Source of the DNA: Pseudomonadota bacterium
Lineage (GTDB): Bacteria > Bdellovibrionota_C > UBA2361 > OMII01
Length of the DNA: 64,000 nt
Assembly (NCBI GenBank): GCA_038134595.1
Contig: JAYPVM010000007.1
Span: 77,634-141,633 of the forward strand
Direction of reading: 5' to 3'
Shown: one piece after another, positions 30,830 through 39,251 of the stretch
Layout of the letters: each line of letters opens with the position of its first letter
Position numbering within the stretch: position 1 is the stretch's first letter
Made by a program: the position numbers and the translations under genes
The notes under the pieces: generated by a model
Databases searched by the model: none
What the model was told of the DNA's origin: nothing
The model's input: only the letters and a program-made list of their open reading frames with translations

Positions 30830-30962
30830 ATCACACCTCAAAAAAAGACACGCTAACCCTATCATGCCCTACTTTAGGTTAGTTTGACACCGATTTAATC
30901 TTACGATGCTAAAACTTACATTAAGGAGCGTCGTATTTAAGCTCCAATAAGTCATTGGGCAT

Positions 30963-32069
30963 TCAACCCGTAGTCAACAAAACATCTAGCTCACGCCCAC
31001 TCTCAGCATCCAAAAACTCTATTCGTTTTATATGCTTAAGAGCGTTTCGATCCAAAGCGGCACGCAAACCCGCAAAGAACTTTTGCTTCGCAAACGGAGG
31101 CATCTTATCCATCGGAAAGTCTTTGAAGAACAAAACAACTGTTGAATCCCCCTTCTCTGCATGCCGTACCAGCTTTGGCCCCGCCACAGGATTATCTCGA
31201 ACCTCCCCTACAAACCCCTCGATACCACCAGAAGCCGCACCCGAATTGCGTTGGTCTACCTTTGCAGCCTGACCACCCTCTCCTGATTCGACCAAAGACA
31301 AGGAGCTTACAAACGAGGAGAAGCGAGCCCGCGCTTCATCAGAGGGAGCAAGCGCCAGCGCCTCATCTCCGATGGCCTTCGCAATCTTTATGTCACCTTT
31401 TTGAGCGTAGGTTATGGCGAGGTACGCCTTAGCAGGAAAATTCTTTGGTTCCACTTGAAGTACCTTTTCAAGCTCTCCCACCGAGTCGTCATACTGACCT
31501 AGAAATGTAAGGGTGCTTGCATATCGAGCTCTTGCTCCGAGATCTTCGGGAGACACCTCTAAATAGCGCTTGTAAAAATCAAGTGCTTTCGTAAAAGCCT
31601 TCTGATCAAATGAAACATCTGCCATTAACACGAGAGCCAAGGGGTCTTTAGGCTCTTGTTGTAAAATACGGCCGAATACCTCAATACCCTCAAAAACAAG
31701 CTCAGATGGCGCTTGTGGGTTGCTACGAAGCTCATCTCCTAGCATGCCCGCAAACATCTTTAACTTCTGCATGTCATTAGGAGACTCTTTAACTGTCTGG
31801 CGCATCGCCGCTAATTGCGGGGTCTCTCGCCTATCGTTGCTTGCGGTTTTTTGCGGCATCGCAGGATGACTCTTCGGTCGCTTCGTTCCACTATGAACTC
31901 TAGCCTGGAGCATCCACCCACCAAACCCGAGTGCGGCCGCTATGACAACAGCGAGGATGTATTGCTTTCGAGAGCGCTCTGTTACCGATCTACCACATCG
32001 AGGACAAAACCTACTCTCTGAGTCCAGAGAGTTATTACACTTTCTACATACCGCTACAGCTTCATTCAT
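30963..32069 (-). CDS. Zinc-ribbon + TM + TPR-repeat protein
   Basis: CRKC...FCPRCG, one TM helix, and 3-4 TPRs (e.g. ALDFYKRYLEVSPED, ELEKVLQVEPKN). Confidence 0.85.
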   Translation of the reverse strand: MNEAVAVCRKCNNSLDSESRFCPRCGRSVTERSRKQYILAVVIAAALGFGGWMLQARVHSGTKRPKSHPAMPQKTASNDRRETPQLAAMRQTVKESPNDMQKLKMFAGMLGDELRSNPQAPSELVFEGIEVFGRILQQEPKDPLALVLMADVSFDQKAFTKALDFYKRYLEVSPEDLGARARYASTLTFLGQYDDSVGELEKVLQVEPKNFPAKAYLAITYAQKGDIKIAKAIGDEALALAPSDEARARFSSFVSSLSLVESGEGGQAAKVDQRNSGAASGGIEGFVGEVRDNPVAGPKLVRHAEKGDSTVVLFFKDFPMDKMPPFAKQKFFAGLRAALDRNALKHIKRIEFLDAESGRELDVLLTTG

Positions 32070-32193
32070 CACCAAACCGTTCCTCTCTCTCCCGTTGCGG
32101 GGCTTCTTTACTCTAAATAACAATTTCGCTTTCTAACATCAGCCGCGTCTAGAACGTCGGCATGTTTAATCAAATTAGCCAAAAAAAATCCAT

Positions 32194-32203
32194 CCCCCCC
32201 CCC
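32194..32203. repeat. C10 homopolymer (with A8 at 32181-32188) in a divergent promoter region
   Basis: Direct read: aaaaaaaatccatcccccccccc. Confidence 0.8.
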
Positions 32204-32387
32204 TCTGGCTGCACTAGACTACTCGAAACGCTTCAAACAGAACAGCGTTTAGCGTAATACTGCCATTTCCTTGACACTTACCTGCATCTAGTTGCTCTCT
32301 ATCCGCATCAGTTAGTTGTAGACCCTAATAAATACGTAGTAAAACTAACCAGAAGTAAGTTTTAGGGCATTTTGTAGTAGGAGTACC

Positions 32388-33398
32388 GTGAACACCACAT
32401 CTAATACAATACGAATCCCCCGGAATAGAGCCCCCGAGAGCATCTCTCTTGTAATACCATGTTACAACGAAGAAGACGTCCTTCCAGAGCTACGTCGCCG
32501 CTTACAGGAGCTCGTGGCTCAGTACAGTTGTCCCGTTGAAGTCGTGCTTATCGACGATGGAAGCAAAGACCAAACGTGGAACATGATAAATCAATACGCG
32601 ACAGAAGATAGCTTTATCAAGGCCATTCGCTTATCAAGAAACTTTGGACACCAAACCGCAATAACCTGCGGACTCGATCAGACTCGGGGCGAGGTGGTCG
32701 TAATTCTTGATGCAGACCTACAAGACCCGCCTGAACTTATTCCAGACATGATCAAAGAATGGTCTGATGGATACGACGTTGTCTACGGCCAAAGAAAGAA
32801 GCGCGCCGGAGAATCATTATCAAAGAAGTTTTTTGCATTTGCGTTCTATCGCATCTTTGAAAAAATTGCAGGCTTACAGGTCCCAAAAGATACCGGGGAC
32901 TTTCGTCTCATGGACAGACGGGCTGTTGATGCACTACAGTCTTTACGCGAACGCCATCGATTCGTTCGAGGGATGGTGTCTTGGATAGGATACCACCAGA
33001 AAGCCTTGCAATACGACAGACCTGAGCGCTTTGCTGGGGTTACAAAATACCCTTTCCGAAAATCACTCTTCTTGGCTATTGATGCAATTACATCATTTAC
33101 CTACGCACCACTTCGACTCGCTTCATACTTAGGAGTTGCCACATCTGCCTTAGCGTTTCTCTATATCTTTGTAGTGTTGTTCTTAAAAGTTCTAGGGATT
33201 AACTTTCCGGGTTATACATCTATCATGGCTTCGATACTACTCCTTGGAGGGGTTCAATTAACAGTCTTGGGGATTCTAGGAGAATACGTTGGAAGGATCT
33301 TCGAGCAGGGACAGCAACGTCCGCTCTATCTTGTCGACCAAATCAACGGAGAACCTCTTGAGAACGAGTCTGGGTCGAGGATAGAGGCCTGCCAGTAA
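32388..33398 (+). CDS. GT2 polyprenol-phosphate glycosyltransferase (GtrB/YkoT/DPM-like)
   Basis: VIPCYNEE, IDDGSKD, LSRNFGHQTA, LDADLQDPPE, DTGDFRLMDR, RFAGVTKY, two C-terminal TMs and GEYVGRI...RPLY; SD AGGAG with GTG start. Confidence 0.95.
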   Translation: MNTTSNTIRIPRNRAPESISLVIPCYNEEDVLPELRRRLQELVAQYSCPVEVVLIDDGSKDQTWNMINQYATEDSFIKAIRLSRNFGHQTAITCGLDQTRGEVVVILDADLQDPPELIPDMIKEWSDGYDVVYGQRKKRAGESLSKKFFAFAFYRIFEKIAGLQVPKDTGDFRLMDRRAVDALQSLRERHRFVRGMVSWIGYHQKALQYDRPERFAGVTKYPFRKSLFLAIDAITSFTYAPLRLASYLGVATSALAFLYIFVVLFLKVLGINFPGYTSIMASILLLGGVQLTVLGILGEYVGRIFEQGQQRPLYLVDQINGEPLENESGSRIEACQ

Positions 33399-33432
33399 TC
33401 AAAAACAGAGCACCCTACCAGAAGGAAATCAA

Positions 33433-34809
33433 ATGGAATCAAAAGAAAAGGAAGTCATTATTGTAGGCGCAGGATATACCGGACTTTCAGCTGCCTTCGA
33501 TCTCTGCAAGGCAGGTTATCAGGTAACTATCTATGAGGCAGACTCTGATATTGGCGGATTAGCAGGAACGTTCGAACTCTCACCTGGAGTGAGAGTTGAA
33601 AAATTCTACCACCATTGGTTTACATCGGACGTTGACGTATTAGGACTCATTGATGAGCTAGGCTTGAGCCACTTAAAGCAGTACCACTCATCTAATACCG
33701 GCCTCTACTACACCAACTCAATATTTCGGCTTGCGAGCCCACTCGACCTCTTAACGTTCTCCCCCCTGCCTCTTATCGACAGAATCCGTACGGGATTCAT
33801 GGCGCTCTACGCCCGTCGAGTAAATGACTGGAAGAGTTTAGAGGACATCTCAGCCAAGGACTGGTTAGTCAAATACGGGGGCCAAAAAGCGTACGACAGC
33901 ATTTGGAATCCTCTTATGCAAGGAAAATTCGGTGTTGAATCCGACAACGTCTCTGCGGTTTGGATTTGGAACAAGCTAAAATTGCGTGGCTCCAGCCGCG
34001 ACAAAAAGGGAGGAGAAAGTCTCGTTTACTTTGGCGGCGGATTCGGGGCACTCACCGACGGCATCAAGAAGGCTCTCGAAGATATGGGAGTTGCTATTCA
34101 CCTCAACACACCCGTAGAATCAATTATTGTAGAAAATGGTCGTGCTACGGGAGTTAAAACCTCTCATGGGATTTGCAAAGCTGACGCAGTGCTTTCAACT
34201 ATTCCACTACCGCAATTCTTGCAAATGACACCCGATCTCCCTGAATCCTTTCGCGCTCAATGCGAGAAGATTCGTTTTCTTGGAAACAGTTGCCTCGTAT
34301 TGCGACTATCGCGTTCGCTGTCGAGCACCTACTGGCTCAACGTCGCAGATCCGAGTTTTCCATTTGTCGGTATCATCGAACATACTAATCTCGATTCAAA
34401 AGAGAATTACAACGGCGATCATATCGTGTACCTCTCGAAATACCTCCCGACATCTGAGGAGCTCTTTTCATTCACGCCCGATCAAATGCTGGAGTATTGC
34501 ATCCCGTTTATTCAAAAAATATTTCCAGAATTTGACCCCGCTTGGATACTTTCGCACCACGTATGGAAAGCGCATTACAGTCAACCTGTTATTACAAAAC
34601 ACTACGCCTCCTCTATCCCTTCCCTAAACACCCCAGTAAAGAACCTTTGGCTCTGCACGATGGCGCAAATCTATCCTGAAGACCGAGGAACAAACTATGC
34701 CGTTCGTTATGGGCGAAAAGTTGCAAGAGATATGATGCATAGCCTGTCCGAACAAATCCCCTCAACAGGATCAGAACAACCCCTTATTCGAAGTAGCAAT
34801 GGAGTATAA
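33433..34809 (+). CDS. FAD-dependent oxidoreductase (PRK07233-like; amine oxidase/UGM/HemY fold)
   Basis: IVGAGYTGLSAA, E...IGGLAG, EKFYHHWF and QIYPEDRGTNYAV. Confidence 0.88.
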   Translation: MESKEKEVIIVGAGYTGLSAAFDLCKAGYQVTIYEADSDIGGLAGTFELSPGVRVEKFYHHWFTSDVDVLGLIDELGLSHLKQYHSSNTGLYYTNSIFRLASPLDLLTFSPLPLIDRIRTGFMALYARRVNDWKSLEDISAKDWLVKYGGQKAYDSIWNPLMQGKFGVESDNVSAVWIWNKLKLRGSSRDKKGGESLVYFGGGFGALTDGIKKALEDMGVAIHLNTPVESIIVENGRATGVKTSHGICKADAVLSTIPLPQFLQMTPDLPESFRAQCEKIRFLGNSCLVLRLSRSLSSTYWLNVADPSFPFVGIIEHTNLDSKENYNGDHIVYLSKYLPTSEELFSFTPDQMLEYCIPFIQKIFPEFDPAWILSHHVWKAHYSQPVITKHYASSIPSLNTPVKNLWLCTMAQIYPEDRGTNYAVRYGRKVARDMMHSLSEQIPSTGSEQPLIRSSNGV

Positions 34810-34811
34810 CC

Positions 34812-36872
34812 ATGAGTAAAAAGTCAAAAGAGCAATCGCCTACAGAGCCTCAAGAATGTATGTCTGCAGACACAGCAGACACATGGTGCAGCTATTTTAC
34901 TCCCATGCAGTGGGTCTTGTTTGGGCTAGTCGTTGCTGGAGGACTTCTCTTACGGTGGGTAATGCTTGACGCTCGGCCCTACCATCACGACGAATCGCTA
35001 CACGGAATGTACGGACGATACTTCTATGATTTTCCAAACGCTAATTACTACAAGTATGACCCTATGTTGCACGGGCCAATGCTTTATAACTGCATGCGTT
35101 TGATTTACGCGATGTTTGGAGACTCTCTGTGGGCAGCAAGAACTCCGGTAGCCATTCTTGGATCTCTATTTATGCTCGCGCCGTTTGTATTTCGAAGTTA
35201 CTTCAGTAAAACAACTACTCTTGTTCTAACGGCCACAACAGCGCTCTCTCCAACTCTAATCTACTGGTCTCGGTTCCTTCGCAATGAAGCGTGGGTGCTT
35301 TCGGGTATGCTCATTACCGCATATGGATTTCTACTCGCTCCGCGGCGCCTCAAGGCTCTTCTTGTGCTCTTCGGTGTTACGATCCAGTGGTGTTCTAAAG
35401 AAAACATCTTTGTATCTATTGCTATTTTAGTGGGCTATCTTCTTTTCGATTTTGGCTATGTTTCACTCTTTACCCAACAAACAAAGAGCATGCTCGAAAA
35501 AATATTTCGCTACATCGCTCAGAATCCGACACTGTGTGTTGTTAGCTTTCTCGCGTGCTTTACCGTATTTGCTTGGTTCTACGGTGCTGGATTTAGATAT
35601 CCTAAGGGCATTTGGGAGGGCGCTGGCCCTAAAGCAATCGAGTACTGGGGAAAGCATCACGGCATGGAGCGAATCAAAGGCCCCTTTAACTTTCATATTT
35701 ATGTGACCGCCTGGTATGAGTTTCCATTTTTCATCGCCTTTTTGGCTCACCTCTTCCTTTTCTACAAGAACGCCACCTCACAGATACAATATGCCGCCGG
35801 GCTACTCATTACCATCCTGATTCTCACCCTGATGGTAACGACCAACGAGAGCTTTACTACAAACCCGGTGTGGTTGTTCTTTAAGCTTAAAAACAATCTC
35901 GATGTTGTAGGACTTTTTGTCTTATTATTTCACGCCCCGCTGGTTACCGTTCAACACAGACTGCGAAATGAGAATGCACTTGCTGGTACAGGCTACTTCT
36001 TTACAGCGACATTCTTTGTATACAGCTACCTCGGTGAAAAAGTCCCGTGGCTTTCGGTTTATCCCCTTGCCTTCGGGATTCCATACCTAGGATTGTTTTT
36101 TCAAGAGCACTTTAAGCGTTCTTCGTTTAACTACAAGCAATACCCGGTTACTAAAGCACTTCTATGGAGTGGTATCGGCTCATCTATCCTTGGAGTACTA
36201 TTTATCCTAGAACAATGGGGAGCTGAAAAAGAACGATTTTCCGGAGAGAATCTTTCTTTTGTAATTTTTGGCGCTGGACTCACAGCGATGGCACTCATAG
36301 GGATCATATCTTCAAACAATGACGATTCAGAACAACCGCTTTTTGGACATCTTCACCTTGGAAAGTGTCTTGCAACCATAAGCGTTTTGTTTCTGGTTCG
36401 AGCCAGTATTCAAACCAATTTCCTCTACGCAGGAAAAGAAACAGAATACTTAAGCCAAGTTCACACGACCTATGAAATGGCAGAATATGCAAAACAAATG
36501 GTCGATGAAGCTACCTATATGAGACATGGCTTTAAGCCCCAGATATATGCAACCGGAGAGTCGACATGGCCGCTGACCTGGTATTTTCGAAACATTCCGC
36601 AACAATACAAATTCAATCTCAAAGACAAATCTAAGATCAATGAATTTGCATATATCTTTCTCTCATGGAAGAAAAAGCATGATCCATCAGAGATTCCAGC
36701 CGGATACATTCAGAAACAGATAAATCTTCGAGGATGGTGGGTCCCCGACTTTAAGCAGGTATCTCTTAAAAAGTTTTTGCGGTACTCGATAAATCATTAT
36801 CCTTGGAGTGGTACGGGATTTTCATATGCAACTCTGCTGATTGCCAAGGATATGGAGCGATTTAGAAAGTAG
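34812..36872 (+). CDS. TIGR03663/Agl23-like GT-C fold membrane protein
   Basis: RPYHHDESLH, YKYDPMLHGP, SRFLRNE, SKEN, EKVPWL, QVHT, WPLTWYFR and LRGWW. Confidence 0.85.
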   Translation: MSKKSKEQSPTEPQECMSADTADTWCSYFTPMQWVLFGLVVAGGLLLRWVMLDARPYHHDESLHGMYGRYFYDFPNANYYKYDPMLHGPMLYNCMRLIYAMFGDSLWAARTPVAILGSLFMLAPFVFRSYFSKTTTLVLTATTALSPTLIYWSRFLRNEAWVLSGMLITAYGFLLAPRRLKALLVLFGVTIQWCSKENIFVSIAILVGYLLFDFGYVSLFTQQTKSMLEKIFRYIAQNPTLCVVSFLACFTVFAWFYGAGFRYPKGIWEGAGPKAIEYWGKHHGMERIKGPFNFHIYVTAWYEFPFFIAFLAHLFLFYKNATSQIQYAAGLLITILILTLMVTTNESFTTNPVWLFFKLKNNLDVVGLFVLLFHAPLVTVQHRLRNENALAGTGYFFTATFFVYSYLGEKVPWLSVYPLAFGIPYLGLFFQEHFKRSSFNYKQYPVTKALLWSGIGSSILGVLFILEQWGAEKERFSGENLSFVIFGAGLTAMALIGIISSNNDDSEQPLFGHLHLGKCLATISVLFLVRASIQTNFLYAGKETEYLSQVHTTYEMAEYAKQMVDEATYMRHGFKPQIYATGESTWPLTWYFRNIPQQYKFNLKDKSKINEFAYIFLSWKKKHDPSEIPAGYIQKQINLRGWWVPDFKQVSLKKFLRYSINHYPWSGTGFSYATLLIAKDMERFRK

Positions 36873-36932
36873 AAAGAATATGGTGATTGAGTATTACACA
36901 ATCAACGAGCTACGCCTTTTTAATCTTTATAA

Positions 36933-39251
36933 TTAGTTACTTCCGACCTGGTAGACACTGTATTGCCTATCTCGCTTGAGGGTTTTCATACACGAAAAGT
37001 CGGTTGCATAGATATTCCCAAACTGCTCCCGCTCGAGACTCCCAACAACTATGTACACAATCTTCTCTTTCAGTGCGGCTTGCTGTCGTTTGAGACAATC
37101 TACTTCTGTATAGATATTTTTAGTAATCCCTTCACGCCGAGATATTTCACCACGCTCTCGTGTAAGGAGTCCAACATGATTAGACCAGCCGAGATACGCA
37201 GGTTGTCCTGCCAGAGTCGAAACAAAAGTTGTAAAGCTATAGGGCCTTCCCTGTGCCTCAAGCACTCGTCCATACGGTCGTTCTCTTAGGTCTCGTATAA
37301 TACTTGCAGAACCCGGGAAATTCCGTTCAACATCGCTTAGCCCATCATATCCGTAGCGAGCATCACTAGTTACAACTCGCCTGGGCATTGTATGGTTATA
37401 AAATGCCATTGAACCCGCGATTAAAACAATGGCGGTGCTCCAAAGATGTATAATCGTAATACCGCGAACCACAAAATTATCAGCATCCAGCCTAGCGGCC
37501 ATCACCCTACGCCAAACATACACAACCGACAGGCTTATGAGCGCCCAGGTCGTAGTGTATATCTTAAAGATTGTGTTCATTCGCTCATTATCGCCGCCGT
37601 ATGAATCGTTGAGAAAAACTATCTCCGGAAGAAGAATTAATCCGAGACTACCGATTACAAGAGCTTCACCAAACACGTCTCGCCACGAAACCTGCTCGGC
37701 TCTTAACTCGATTATCCTAACTAGTTGAACTCCAATAAGGGCATAGATGAACAACGCCCCCTTATCAAACAGAAGAGTTCCTCCTAAAAATAGCACCATA
37801 AACGCGGTAGAGAGGCACCACTTTCGAATCGCAATTGAACCGATCGTTAGAAGCCCCAACTGCCATCCCCAATGGGCAAACATCTCAAGTGTTGTGGTTA
37901 CCGGTATTTTTTCACGAACAAAGGTTAGCTCACCACCTCCCTCGGGTTTAATGTGCTGACTGGATAATTTTAAAGCTATCAGCAAAAGAATCCAAAAGAA
38001 CGTCAAAGCGATGTCCACAGTTGGTAGCTTGCGGCCCGAAAAAAGTGCTGGCTTAACGAGATGAAGGGGGCAGGTTAGATACGCAAATACCACCGCAACG
38101 ACTCCGGTTAACGCAATCTCAAACCAACTCAAATCCGCATAATAACAAACGACCACCACTACGGCCGCAAGTAACACCCCACCTGCAGTTATCTGACGAA
38201 AAAGGTCTCCAACCCCCTCAGTATCTCCAACTAGGGAGCGCCCACGTAGTTTAGCAAAAACATTGTCGGTTAACATCAGTCTTAGCGCTACTATGAGAGC
38301 GGCCATCCCTCCCCACATCGGCACCTCCCAGGCGTTACTACCAACCAGAAAAAAAACGCCCGCTAGAACCATAAATACGCCGTGATAAACACGAGAGATT
38401 ACCGACGTTTGTTGCGTGATGATGCGGTAAAAAAACAAAAGCAATAAAGAGAATGTTGCGAGGTTAAGGTAATGAGGATGTGCATCACCGAGCAAAAAAG
38501 ACCATGCAGGAAACTCTGTAATCGAACCAACAATTACTCTCGAGGGTCCCCACCATCCTTCATCCGGCGAAAAACCTTCTCCTCGAATGTGCTTTAGCGT
38601 TAACATCCCTGCAACATTCGGAATAAAGGGAATGCCTACTGCCGCACACCATGCAAGCACTCGCCCGCCGCCCAACACTACCCGCACGACCTGAAACAAA
38701 GCTGCTCCATAAAGAGCTAAAGCAAACGCAACGATTGCGTGATATGCTTCCCACACCTCCATATGCAGCACGGATCCCAACATCGCTGTGAAGCGATACC
38801 AAAACACATAATAGTTAAGGCCATAGCCCTCCATCCAAGGCTCTTTCGGTGTTACAGGAGAGTCAAAAGCAGATGCAATAAGCGCGTAATCCCGAAGCCT
38901 CTCACCCATGGCATAGAACTCACGCCACTGCATACACAATGCGTAAGCGAGCGTGAATATAACTAGGAACGCTCCCAGCGGAAGCCAATCATCTAAGGTA
39001 AGGCGATTCTGCTTCTTTCGAGAACCAAAGATTTGGTAGGCACTAAACGAGACTAAACCAAAAGAAAAGACATAAAAAGCCTGCTCCGCACCACTTCCTT
39101 CGATAGAAGAGCCTATCTGCAACAACAGATAGGCCAAAAAAAACTTTAACAAAGGAGTCAAGAGTAATGAGGCAACAACAAACTCAAAAAGCGGTACCGC
39201 TATGAACATCCCGACGAACGCAACTACCGCAATCAAAAATAACGTACTCAT
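36933..39251 (-). CDS. DUF2298 / Chlor_Arch_YYY family membrane protein (paralog 2)
   Basis: GERLRD..., PKEPW.EG..LNYYVF, WGPSRVI...ITEFPAWSFLLGDAHPH, NAWE, ERMNTIFKIY, LEAQG and GWSNH. Confidence 0.88.
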   Translation of the reverse strand: MSTLFLIAVVAFVGMFIAVPLFEFVVASLLLTPLLKFFLAYLLLQIGSSIEGSGAEQAFYVFSFGLVSFSAYQIFGSRKKQNRLTLDDWLPLGAFLVIFTLAYALCMQWREFYAMGERLRDYALIASAFDSPVTPKEPWMEGYGLNYYVFWYRFTAMLGSVLHMEVWEAYHAIVAFALALYGAALFQVVRVVLGGGRVLAWCAAVGIPFIPNVAGMLTLKHIRGEGFSPDEGWWGPSRVIVGSITEFPAWSFLLGDAHPHYLNLATFSLLLLFFYRIITQQTSVISRVYHGVFMVLAGVFFLVGSNAWEVPMWGGMAALIVALRLMLTDNVFAKLRGRSLVGDTEGVGDLFRQITAGGVLLAAVVVVVCYYADLSWFEIALTGVVAVVFAYLTCPLHLVKPALFSGRKLPTVDIALTFFWILLLIALKLSSQHIKPEGGGELTFVREKIPVTTTLEMFAHWGWQLGLLTIGSIAIRKWCLSTAFMVLFLGGTLLFDKGALFIYALIGVQLVRIIELRAEQVSWRDVFGEALVIGSLGLILLPEIVFLNDSYGGDNERMNTIFKIYTTTWALISLSVVYVWRRVMAARLDADNFVVRGITIIHLWSTAIVLIAGSMAFYNHTMPRRVVTSDARYGYDGLSDVERNFPGSASIIRDLRERPYGRVLEAQGRPYSFTTFVSTLAGQPAYLGWSNHVGLLTRERGEISRREGITKNIYTEVDCLKRQQAALKEKIVYIVVGSLEREQFGNIYATDFSCMKTLKRDRQYSVYQVGSN

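Noticed and set aside
30830..30960. Glutamine riboswitch or sigma-54 promoter upstream of glnA
   Set aside because: No glnA-motif core and no TGGCAC-N5-TTGC; only a weak GGAGC/GCTCC hairpin.
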